NCBI RefSeq assembly: GCF_035285525.1
Contig: NZ_JAYKGW010000133.1
Coordinates: forward strand, 1-14,949
Direction of reading: 5' to 3'
From: Okeania sp.
GTDB lineage: Bacteria; Cyanobacteriota; Cyanobacteriia; Cyanobacteriales; Microcoleaceae
Length of the DNA stretch: 14,949 nt
The notes under the pieces: model-generated
Told to the model about the DNA's origin: nothing
Seen by the model: the letters and a program-made list of their open reading frames with translations, nothing else
Database searches by the model: none
Translations under genes and position numbers: made by a program
Part shown: piece after piece, positions 1 through 7,744 of the stretch
Layout: each line of letters starts with the position of its first letter
Position numbering within the stretch: the first letter of the stretch is position 1

Positions 1-86
1 AATTTTTCAATAATAGCAATCTGACAAATTTGTTGAGCTTGTTCCGGTTCAAAATAACGAATAAACTTATGTTCTTCTAGTTTCAT
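1..86 (-). CDS. 5' end of an unidentified CDS running off the left edge (MKLEEHKFIRYFEPEQAQQICQIAIIEK...)
   Basis: ATG at 86..84 on the minus strand, open for 28 codons to the window edge. No recognisable domain in so short a fragment and no obvious SD. Confidence 0.3.
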   Translation of the reverse strand, partial: MKLEEHKFIRYFEPEQAQQICQIAIIEK

Positions 87-706
87 TGGATAGTAGATTA
101 TGGTGTATTTTTTAGGTTTAGTAGTCAGTAAATTATTTAGTTATTAACTATCAGTTTTATATCTAGTTAATTACTGCATTAAAAGCAATAATCTTCCAGT
201 TGCAAGGAGACGGGTTAACAGAATTTAAGGTTGTTTTTTGTAGTTAAATTTATTCTGATTTAATTAAAAAAACTGTAAGCATTCAGCAGTTAACTAACAC
301 TTAGATTCCTCGATCGGAACTTCCTAATTCAGCTTCTAAGACACATATATAAATTTTCTAGCAATTATTGCATGGGTTAACAGATTTATAGTTAAAAATT
401 TAAAATAAAACTGGCTTCAGTCATTAAAAAAACTAGGAGTTAACTGCTGATTACTAATAGCTGGTTGTGCAGCATTCCCCAGGAAATGCTTACATAAAAC
501 TTTTGTCTAAAACTCATAAATAACTGATAGCTAAAAACTAAATTTTTACAAAAATAAATGAATTTTCCGAATAATTAATAATTAAATAATTCGCGCCTTT
601 AAGCCTCCCCTTTAAAGGGAAAAAAGCACCGAAAACGTCATTATCTCATCAACCAAAAGAAATATTTTTTTCCTTTTATTCAATCCTCTTCCTTTTCGGG
701 AGAGGT

Positions 707-804
707 AATTATCAATTATCAATTATCAATTATCAATTATCAATTATCCATTATCAATTATCCATTATCAATTATCAATTATCCATTATCAATTATTCAT
801 TATT
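707..804. repeat. Tandem heptamer array, 14 units (AATTATC / CATTATC / AATTATT), STRR-like
   Basis: Counted directly: 14 consecutive 7-nt units from 707 to 804. Preceded by an imperfect hairpin, CCTCTTCC-ttttc-GGGAGAGG, at about 685-705. Confidence 0.95.
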
Positions 805-1334
805 GAACATCAAACATATCTAGTATCAAAAATTGTAAGTTGTATAGCAATTCTATGTTATTGGAATTTTTATAGCTATAATAAATGATTTGTGAGAAAA
901 AACTGTAGGGGTTTGGCCTCAGAACCCATATCTCAAACTAAAAAAAATAGCTGACCGCTAAATGGTAACTGCTAAATACTTACAATCAAAGAGATAGATA
1001 ATTTATGTGCGATAACCATCCTTATTTTTTATTATTGAAGATGTCTATTTATTTAACATACTAGGTAGTAACTACTTTAAAACATATAACCCTGCTAATA
1101 TATTTACCCAATATAAAAACTTTTTTAAGTATTGCATAACAAAAGTCAAAAAGTAAACATTCAGCTATTAGCCATCAGCTCTTCCTATGGAATGCACTCC
1201 CATTCAGCAATAATATCCCAACCCTAAGAAAAAGCTTTAAATGAATATAACCTATCAAGTTAGTTTTTATAGTAAAATTTAGTTTACCTCAATCAATAAA
1301 GCTTTTATCTAAAACTAAAATCAATAGCTAATAC

Positions 1335-1540
1335 CTGTTTCGCTGCACGACATGGAAAGAGCAACATTCCCTATACGAAAAAGCGGTCGTTTTAAGTCCT
1401 TGAACCGACATGAAACGCTGCGCGACATGAAAAGTAAGTAAAGTGGAACTTCCCGGAGGGTGGGATAGATAGGTTCCCTAACCATATCAAATCGACCAAG
1501 AGAGCGCAGAGCAGACCCAGGAGGCTAGCTGACTGCTTAC
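1335..1540. other. GC-rich island in AT-rich spacer; candidate structured RNA or regulatory module of unknown family
   Basis: Visibly higher G+C than the flanks. Three copies of CGACATGRAA (1347, 1406, 1423). A 20-nt direct repeat CGCTGCnCGACATGRAAAG (1341 and 1416). Possible helices GGAAC(1445)/GTTCC(1473), GGTCGtTTT(1385)/AAAtCGACC(1488) and CTGCGC(1418)/GCGCAG(1504). Confidence 0.3.
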
Positions 1541-1561
1541 ATCAGAAGTTAAATTATTACC

Positions 1562-1590
1562 TTGACTAAGTTACATATTTCCCCTATATA
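1562..1590 (+). promoter_or_regulatory. Candidate sigma70-type promoter for ffh
   Basis: TTGACT (1562-1567), a 17-nt spacer, then TATATA (1585-1590), about 90 nt upstream of the ffh ATG. Sequence match only. Confidence 0.4.
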
Positions 1591-1680
1591 AGCTTAAACA
1601 TTCAGAAAAATTAGCCAATACAAAAACTTATCAAATGATGCTATAGTAAAAAACTACCACTAGCCATCTAAAATTGCTCT

Positions 1681-3132
1681 ATGTTTGAAGCCCTTGCTGA
1701 CCGCCTAGAAGTCGCCTGGAAAAAAATAAGGGGTCAAAGCAAAATTACCGACTCCAATATCCAAGAAGCACTACGAGAAGTACGTCGCGCCCTATTAGAG
1801 GCCGACGTAAACTTGCAAGTTGTCAAAGACTTTATAGCCGAAGTCAGCGCAGCGGCCAAAGGAGCAGATGTATTAACAGGAGTAAGACCAGATCAACAGT
1901 TCATCAAAATAGTCCATGATGAGCTAGTACAAGTAATGGGAGAAACTAACTCTCCCTTAGCAAAGGCTGACCAACCGCCAACTATTGTCCTCATGGCAGG
2001 TTTACAGGGGACAGGAAAAACCACCGCCTCAGCCAAATTGGCCTTACACTTAAGAAAGGAAAACCGGAGTGCTCTGCTAGTAGCTACTGACATATATAGA
2101 CCTGCTGCTATTGACCAGTTAATAACTCTAGGTAAACAGATAGATGTACCCGTATTTCAATTAGGTACAGATACAGAACCTGTAGAAATTGCTCAAAAAG
2201 GAGTCGAACAGGCCAAAGCAGATGGTATAGATACAGTAATTATAGATACAGCAGGTCGGCTACAGATAGACCAAAATATGATGGCCGAACTTGCCAGAAT
2301 CAAAGCATCAGTTAAACCCCAGGAAACATTGCTAGTGGTAGATGCCATGACTGGTCAAGAAGCTGCCACATTAACCCGTACCTTTAACGACCAAATTGGC
2401 ATAACCGGAGCTATACTGACAAAGATGGATGGAGATACCAGAGGTGGGGCAGCTCTATCAGTTCGTCGAATTTCTGGTCAACCAATAAAATTTGTAGGGG
2501 TGGGAGAAAAAGTAGAAGCTCTCCAACCTTTCTATCCAGAAAGAATGGCTTCTCGAATTTTAGGAATGGGAGATGTTCTGACCCTAGTAGAAAAAGCTCA
2601 GGAAGAGTTTGACATAGCTGATGCTGAAAAAATGCAAGAGAAAATTCTCTCAGCTAAGTTTGACTTTACTGACTTTCTCAAACAAACCCGACTGATGAAA
2701 AATATGGGTTCCCTGGGAGGAATTATGAAATTAATTCCAGGGATGAATAAAATCAGTGAAGATCAGTTACAGCAGGGAGAAACTCAGCTTAAACGGTGTG
2801 AGTCTATGATTAATTCGATGACACCCCAAGAGCGTCAAAACCCAGAACTTTTAGCAAAATCTCCTTCTCGACGACGACGTATTGCAGGTGGTTCCGGGTA
2901 TGTAGAGAAAGATGTTACTAAACTGGTGGGTGACTTCCAAAGAATGCGTTCCATGATGCAGCAAATGAGCCAAGGAGGTATGCCGGGAATGGGAATGCCT
3001 GGTATGCCGGGAATGGGAATGCCTGGTATGCCGGGAGGTAAAACACCTCCTGGTTGGCGCAACCAACCAGGTATGATTGGCGGTAAGAAAAAAAAGAAGC
3101 AGAAAAAGAAAAAAGGTTTTGGACAGCTTTAA
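1681..3132 (+). CDS. ffh: Signal recognition particle protein Ffh (SRP54 GTPase)
   Basis: N domain, then G domain with GLQGTGKTT (P-loop), DTAGR and TKMDGD motifs. Met-rich M domain with a GMPGMGMP repeat tail and a Lys-rich C-terminus, as in cyanobacterial and chloroplast Ffh. Confidence 0.97.
   Translation: MFEALADRLEVAWKKIRGQSKITDSNIQEALREVRRALLEADVNLQVVKDFIAEVSAAAKGADVLTGVRPDQQFIKIVHDELVQVMGETNSPLAKADQPPTIVLMAGLQGTGKTTASAKLALHLRKENRSALLVATDIYRPAAIDQLITLGKQIDVPVFQLGTDTEPVEIAQKGVEQAKADGIDTVIIDTAGRLQIDQNMMAELARIKASVKPQETLLVVDAMTGQEAATLTRTFNDQIGITGAILTKMDGDTRGGAALSVRRISGQPIKFVGVGEKVEALQPFYPERMASRILGMGDVLTLVEKAQEEFDIADAEKMQEKILSAKFDFTDFLKQTRLMKNMGSLGGIMKLIPGMNKISEDQLQQGETQLKRCESMINSMTPQERQNPELLAKSPSRRRRIAGGSGYVEKDVTKLVGDFQRMRSMMQQMSQGGMPGMGMPGMPGMGMPGMPGGKTPPGWRNQPGMIGGKKKKKQKKKKGFGQL
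2977..3036 (+). repeat. Perfect 24-nt tandem repeat x2.5 inside ffh (GGTATGCCGGGAATGGGAATGCCT)
   Basis: 2977-3000 and 3001-3024 are identical, followed by a 12-nt partial third copy. In frame; encodes GMPGMGMP repeats of the M-domain tail. Confidence 0.95.
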
Positions 3133-3535
3133 CAAAAGGACAGAAACAAAAGCTGAAATATTATCTAGATGTTCTTAAACATAATTTCTGTTCAACATTT
3201 TTCATAGTAAAGCCTCAAGAAGAATTGGATTTAAACCATGCTTCTGTTGATGAAGTCTTGTAAAATAAGATTTGGTGAAATTCCCGCTAATTTTAAGCCC
3301 TCAGAAAAAATCAGTGTCAAGTCCTTGGGCTACTAATCCTTAGTGAAGTAGAAAGTCTATCTCCAAAACTTAAATTTTAGTTTGGGGAATAATTAGAAGT
3401 GGAAATACCATAATAGACATCAAAAGTCAAGAATACCTAGCACCAAATTGTAAAAGTGATAAAAAATATCGAAATGTTACTAGGTTACGACAAAATAATA
3501 GCTTATAATTCCAAACAGGAGTAAAATCACTCGAA

Positions 3536-3961
3536 ATGATCAAACTGCGATTAAAGAAATACGGAAAAAAACGGGAGCATAGCTACCGGATAGTAGCCAT
3601 GAATAGTGACTCCCGTAGGGAAGGCCGTCCATTAGAAGAACTCGGCTTTTATAATCCTAGAACAGATGAAACTAGATTAGATGTGCCAGCAATTACCAGA
3701 CGCCTAGAACAAGGTGCCCAACCAACAGATACAGTGCGTAATATATTGAAAAAAGCTAATGTCCTTGAATCATCCAGAACCGGAATTAACACCCAAGCAA
3801 GCTTATCAGTTTCCCATGCAGAATCGACAGAAGCCATTACCAATACTGAACCGAGCGAAGCAACAACCAATACCGAAACCGACCAAACGAGTGACAGTGA
3901 GCCAACTGCCACAGCAACAGTTACCGAGTCTGAGGAACAACCCACAGTCAGCGAATCCTGA
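3536..3961 (+). CDS. rpsP: 30S ribosomal protein S16 with an unusual ~55-aa acidic Thr/Glu/Ser-rich C-terminal extension
   Basis: [45 protein letters not shown]... is canonical S16. AGGAG at 3517-3521, 14 nt before the ATG. TATAAT at 3504-3509. There is no in-frame stop until 3959-3961, although typical S16 ends near residue 85-90. Confidence 0.9.
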   Translation: MIKLRLKKYGKKREHSYRIVAMNSDSRREGRPLEELGFYNPRTDETRLDVPAITRRLEQGAQPTDTVRNILKKANVLESSRTGINTQASLSVSHAESTEAITNTEPSEATTNTETDQTSDSEPTATATVTESEEQPTVSES

Positions 3962-4382
3962 TTATTCTGAAATAGTTAGATCTGTAATTGAGCCATTTTT
4001 AGAGTCGCCAGAGTCTCTACGGGTGGACTGTGAGGTTAATCCTCGGCAAGCCAAAGCTTGGATTCGTTTGGCTTTTGATGAGCCAGAAAAAGGACGAGTA
4101 TATGGTCGTGGAGGACGTAATATCCAAGCAGTTCGTACTTTGTTAGAAGCGGTAGCTCAAACGGCTGGTCAATCTGTACATTTAGAGATATACGAAGGCC
4201 AGCCAGATGTACAACGCTCTTATAATTCTGATTATCCAAGCGATCGAGAAGAAGGACTATATCACAGAAGGGCTATAACAGATAATAATCGCCTTCCTGA
4301 ACACAGACACAAACTATCTCGGCATCGTGGTACAACTCCCAGTCCCATTAGACTCAAAAGAAATGGACATGAAATGATGTAA
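3759..4382 (+). CDS. KH-domain RNA-binding protein (YlqC/UPF0109-like); start codon uncertain
   Basis: The core [18 protein letters not shown]...[30 protein letters not shown] carries the GxxG KH signature. It sits directly after rpsP, as in B. subtilis and cyanobacteria. In-frame start candidates are ATG 3759, ATG 3816 and GTG 3891/3897, and all of them overlap the rpsP tail. No canonical start exists between the rpsP stop and the KH core. Confidence 0.8.
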   Translation: MSLNHPEPELTPKQAYQFPMQNRQKPLPILNRAKQQPIPKPTKRVTVSQLPQQQLPSLRNNPQSANPDYSEIVRSVIEPFLESPESLRVDCEVNPRQAKAWIRLAFDEPEKGRVYGRGGRNIQAVRTLLEAVAQTAGQSVHLEIYEGQPDVQRSYNSDYPSDREEGLYHRRAITDNNRLPEHRHKLSRHRGTTPSPIRLKRNGHEMM

Positions 4383-4591
4383 AAATCATAACCATAGCAG
4401 GCAACAGGGAACAGGTATGGAGGGAACAGCTAGAAAAGTGTTTCCGTGGTCTTTGATTTATTATCAGTCCATGTCCTAACTGCCTTGGCGGTTGCTATAA
4501 TGCCACCACTAACTTCCATAAGCTATAGTGGGGGCATTTTCAGTTATAAGTGATCGGGTAAGCATTCAGCACTAAAAGCTGACGGCCAATA

Positions 4592-4851
4592 GCTGAATAC
4601 TATCCCTAACCAGGAATTTATATAAAAAATTTTTGAGAAAATTATCATAAATATAAATTAAGGTGTTTTGTAAAGATATTTGTGAATAAATTAGCTAATT
4701 CCAATGACTCTAGTCAGTTATCAGTTATCAGTACCGACTGCTGAACACTATATTTAACCAGGGATTTAGATCAACTTTTTATGGTTTTTCATAAATTAGG
4801 TATTTTGTCAAGACTTTTGTGGAAAAAATTAGCTGATTCCAATAACTCTAG
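4592..4851. repeat. Two imperfect direct copies (~122 and ~112 bp) separated by a CAGTTAT heptamer tract
   Basis: Unit 1 is 4592-4713 and unit 2 is 4740-4851. The ends are conserved (GCTGAAYACTAT...TAACCAGG and ...TTAGCTRATTCCAATRACTCTAG) and the middle has diverged. CAGTTAT x2.5 lies at 4714-4733. Confidence 0.8.
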
Positions 4852-4881
4852 AATTAGGATGAGAGAAATAAATATGTTGGC

Positions 4882-5835
4882 ATGACAGAGGAATTGAAAA
4901 TAGAATTGTCTAGTATTGATAGCGCGATCGCTCTTTCTGGTTATCAGGAAGAAAATATAAAATTACTAGCCAAGCATACAGGGGCAAATATCGTACTCAG
5001 GGGACAAGAATTACTAATAACTGGCACTGACAATCAAATTGAGCGATGCCAGAAAATCATAATTTCCTTAGAAAGCCTATGGAAACAGGGTAAAACTATC
5101 ACAGGGGTAGAAATTCTCACCGCTCGTCATGCTATTGAGACCAACCGCCAAGATGACCTAGAACAACTTCAGCAAGATATTCTGGCCAAAACTCGCCGTG
5201 GACTAGAAATTCGGGCTAAAACTTTTCGTCAAAGAAAATATGTCCAGGCCATTCGGACTCACGATATGACTTTTTGTGTTGGTCCAGCGGGGACTGGTAA
5301 AACTTATTTGGGAGCAATTATAGCAGTAAAAGCGCTTTTAGACAACCAATATGAACGACTAATTTTAACTAGACCTGCTGTGGAAGCAGGAGAAAAATTA
5401 GGATTTTTACCAGGAGATTTGCAACAAAAAATTAACCCTTATTTGCGACCTTTATATGATGCTCTTTATGAATTAATTGAACCAGAAAAAGTTAATACTT
5501 TGATGGAAAAGGGAGTTATTGAAGTTGCACCTCTAGCTTATATGAGAGGTCGAACTTTGAATAATTCTTTTGTCATTCTTGATGAGGCTCAAAATACTAC
5601 TCCTGCTCAGATGAAAATGGTATTAACTCGCTTAGGTTTCCGTTCAAAAATGGTGGTGACTGGAGATATTACTCAAACAGATTTACCTTTAAATCAAAAG
5701 TCAGGATTATCTGTTGCTATTAAGATTTTACGGAATGTTGAAGGTATTTCTATTTGTGAACTATCTCAAGCTGATGTTGTACGAAATCCTTTAGTGCAGA
5801 AGATAGTAGCTGCTTATGAAAATTATGAAAAATAG
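4882..5835 (+). CDS. phoH: PhoH-like ATPase (PhoH/YbeZ family) with N-terminal KH-like domain
   Basis: Walker A GPAGTGKTY, Walker B ILDEAQN, and TGDITQTDLP typical of PhoH. Confidence 0.93.
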   Translation: MTEELKIELSSIDSAIALSGYQEENIKLLAKHTGANIVLRGQELLITGTDNQIERCQKIIISLESLWKQGKTITGVEILTARHAIETNRQDDLEQLQQDILAKTRRGLEIRAKTFRQRKYVQAIRTHDMTFCVGPAGTGKTYLGAIIAVKALLDNQYERLILTRPAVEAGEKLGFLPGDLQQKINPYLRPLYDALYELIEPEKVNTLMEKGVIEVAPLAYMRGRTLNNSFVILDEAQNTTPAQMKMVLTRLGFRSKMVVTGDITQTDLPLNQKSGLSVAIKILRNVEGISICELSQADVVRNPLVQKIVAAYENYEK

Positions 5836-6115
5836 GCTTTTCAGTTATCAGTTAGCCTCCTAGGTCCGAACTGCGCAATTGAGTTATCAGTTATCAGCTA
5901 ATACGGTTCAGTTAAGGATTTTTTTGGCAGTTTTGTAGTCTGAAAAGCCTATCTCATGGTTTAATATCTTATATCTTATGAGTTTTCGTCTTAACTAAAC
6001 CGTATTGAGCTATTAGTATCTTTGGCTGTTTACGCAGCATTTTTAAGGAATGCCAGAGGCTTGAAATAAAGTCAACAATGCCAAAAAATCAATAATTAAA
6101 ATAAATTTTTATCTT

Positions 6116-6529
6116 ATGAATACTAATTTAAAAGAATTTTTAGAAGCTTGTGAACAATTAGGAACTTTACGTTTAATTGTGACAAGTAGTGCTGCGGTAT
6201 TGGAAGTTAGAGGAAAAATGGAAAAGTTATTTTATGCGGAACTTCCTAAAGGGAAATATGCTAATATACACTCTGATATTTTTGAATTTCATCTGAATAT
6301 GGATCAGATTAAACAAGTAAAGTTTGAAACTGGGGAAGCCAAACGAGGAAATTTTACTACTTACGCGATTCGCTTTTTAGATAGTCAAGAAAAAGTGGCT
6401 TTAAGTGCATTTTTGCAATGGGGAAAACCAGGAGAATATGAACCTGGACAAGTGGAAGCTTGGGAAAAGTTGAGGGAAAAATATGGTGAAGTTTGGGAAC
6501 CTGTGGCAGTGGAAAATTTAGAAGATTAA
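6116..6529 (+). CDS. Small ChuX/HutX-like (heme-utilisation carrier-like) protein; family assignment tentative
   Basis: By-eye resemblance to ChuX/HutX: N-terminal LKEFL...G, then a beta-rich core (LRLIVTSSAAVLEVRGK..PKGKYANI....HLNMDQIKQVKF....TYAIRFLDSQEKVALSAFL), compared with ChuX recalled from memory. Good coding potential. Confidence 0.45.
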   Translation: MNTNLKEFLEACEQLGTLRLIVTSSAAVLEVRGKMEKLFYAELPKGKYANIHSDIFEFHLNMDQIKQVKFETGEAKRGNFTTYAIRFLDSQEKVALSAFLQWGKPGEYEPGQVEAWEKLREKYGEVWEPVAVENLED

Positions 6530-6552
6530 CTTCTTCCCCACCCCCCAAACCT

Positions 6553-6567
6553 AGAAACCCGGTTTCT
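6553..6567. repeat. AGAAACCCGGTTTCT near-palindrome, a member of a dispersed family, 24 nt after the stop of the ChuX-like gene
   Basis: The same core recurs at 11595-11623, 12281-12313 and 12395-12423. It could form a short hairpin or terminator. Confidence 0.7.
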
Positions 6568-6689
6568 TCTGTTTCAAAACATTAAGAGACAATTTTTACA
6601 ACTACCTACCTACTCTATAACTCCTATTCGTCCTAACTCCTAACTCTTAACTACTCCCTGATCCCTAATTATCAATAAAATCCTTTTTT

Positions 6690-6728
6690 TGACAATCATT
6701 AAATTATTATGTATGATTATCAATAAAT
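6690..6728 (+). promoter_or_regulatory. Fur-box-like AT-rich operator upstream of fur (autoregulation candidate)
   Basis: GACAATCATTAAA matches 10 of 13 positions of the GATAATCATTATC part of the classical 19-bp Fur box. TATGATTATCAAT matches 10 of 13 to the other half. Inverted repeat ACAATCAT (6692-6699) / ATGATTAT (6713-6720). Ends 22 nt before the GTG start. Confidence 0.55.
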
Positions 6729-6749
6729 ATAAGTTTTTGATAAAATATA

Positions 6750-7262
6750 GTGGCTCTATACACACCATCTTCATTTAAAGCAGAACTAAATGAAAAAGGA
6801 TGGCGAATGACTCCCCAAAGGGAAACAATTTTGCACATCTTTCAAAATCTGCCCAACGGCAATCACCTGAGTGCCGAAGACCTTTATAATGTCCTACAAA
6901 ATCGGGGTGAAAAAATTAGTCTATCTACTATTTATAGAACCCTAAAGTTAATGGCAAGGATGGGAATTCTTCGAGAACTAGAATTAGCAGAGGGACATAA
7001 ACATTATGAAATAAATCAGCCCCATCCTTACCATCACCATCATCTTGTCTGTGTGCAATGTAACAAAACTATTGAATTTAAGAATGATTCTATCTTAAAG
7101 ATGGGTCTTAAGCAAGCAGAAAAATCAGGATTACATCTCTTAGATTGTCAGTTAACTATTCATACAATTTGTTATGAAGCTCTGAGAAAGGGATGGCCTT
7201 CTCTTGTATCTTCTGATTGGTCTTGCCCACGAGCGTTAGTAGATACAGACAAAAATGAATAG
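6750..7262 (+). CDS. fur: Ferric uptake regulator, FurA-type
   Basis: Winged-helix TPQRETIL...LSTIYRTLKLMARMGIL, metal site HKHYE..HHHH, and CVQC. With the GTG start at 6750, cysteines fall at 101, 104, 133 and 141, the numbering I recall for Anabaena FurA. Confidence 0.93.
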   Translation: MALYTPSSFKAELNEKGWRMTPQRETILHIFQNLPNGNHLSAEDLYNVLQNRGEKISLSTIYRTLKLMARMGILRELELAEGHKHYEINQPHPYHHHHLVCVQCNKTIEFKNDSILKMGLKQAEKSGLHLLDCQLTIHTICYEALRKGWPSLVSSDWSCPRALVDTDKNE

Positions 7263-7369
7263 CATCATTTCAGTTATTAGTTAGCCTTCTTTACCTTTCC
7301 TTCCGAATGTTTCGCAAACAGAGGAACTTCGCAAACAGCTTTTTCATTTCATTAGATAAACTCGCCCCC

Positions 7370-7427
7370 AATCATATAACATAACAGCTAACACCTTGCA
7401 TGAGGGCGGGTTTAGCTGACTCTCAGA
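7370..7427 (+). repeat. Copy A of a dispersed element (AATCATRTAACRTAACAGCTAACACCTTGCATGAGRRCGGGTTTAGCTGA...)
   Basis: About 90% identical to 7615-7672. Followed by a GTTGGGTT-n9-AACCCAAC hairpin (7441-7465) and a T8 run (7476-7483). Confidence 0.85.
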
Positions 7428-7614
7428 TTTAGTCCTGTAGGTTGGGTTGAGGAAGGAAACCCAACAATAGCAAGCTTTTTTTTGTTTCACTATCGTACCA
7501 CTAGGACGAAGCAAGCTAAACTTTTAGATGCGTCAGTCCAGTAGTAGACCGTTTCATCTTAAATAGTTCATTAGTAGGGGTTTGATCCACTATAATATTT
7601 AATCTCCAATATCT

Positions 7615-7725
7615 AATCATGTAACGTAACAGCTAACACCTTGCATGAGAACGGGTTTAGCTGAATCTGAGAGTCAGCAGGGAGGTCTCTGCTGATTTTT
7701 CGCGAACCGTAACCCGCCCCTACAG
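7615..7725 (+). mobile_element. Copy B: complete MITE-like palindromic element with CGGGTT...AACCCGCCCCTACAG arms
   Basis: The left part matches copy A. There is an internal hairpin TCAGCAG-n8-CTGCTGA (7674-7695) followed by T5. The right arm is AACCCGCCCCTACAG (7711-7725). No ORF. Flanked by a ~31-nt direct repeat. Confidence 0.6.
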
Positions 7726-7744
7726 TATTTTTGATCTATAATAG

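Noticed and set aside
1352-1441. 29-aa basic micro-ORF (MERATFPIRKSGRFKSLNRHETLRDMKSK) inside the GC-rich island
   Set aside because: It has no SD. The ATG is part of the repeated CGACATG motif, so it recurs for non-coding reasons. I could not match it to any small protein I can recall. It is kept only as a remote alternative to the RNA hypothesis.
1335-1540. Identification of the GC-rich island as SRP (4.5S) RNA, 6S RNA, tmRNA, RNase P RNA or a known riboswitch
   Set aside because: I looked for the hallmarks of each: the SRP domain IV CAGG..GGAA..AGCA arrangement, the tmRNA GGGGCUG 5' end and tag ORF, RNase P GAGGAAAGUCC, the B12 box, the TPP CUGAGA/ACCUGA motif, and the glnA, ZTP and fluoride motifs. 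None is present in the right order. The GGAAAGAGCAAC at 1354 only superficially resembles the SRP loop.
1893-3135. Three minus-strand ORFs (1893-2093, 2835-3062, 2851-3135) inside ffh
   Set aside because: They lie antisense within a confidently identified conserved gene. Their products are low-complexity (His/Ser/Arg or Pro/Gly runs mirroring the GMPGMGMP repeat). They are shadow ORFs.
3649-4239. Minus-strand ORFs 3649-3945 and 4036-4239
   Set aside because: They are antisense to rpsP and the KH-domain gene, have no recognisable motifs, and the first simply mirrors the T/E/S-rich repeat region.
4753-4790. Pho-box-like triplet upstream of phoH (TTTAACCA-ggg-ATTTAGAT-caa-CTTTTTAT)
   Set aside because: Only the first 8-mer fits the cyanobacterial PyTTAAPyPy(T/A) consensus; the other two are poor. 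AT-rich sequence yields such matches by chance, and cyanobacterial phoH is not reliably in the Pho regulon.
6357-6548. Minus-strand 63-aa ORF overlapping the ChuX-like gene
   Set aside because: It is antisense to a better-supported ORF and has no start context or motifs.
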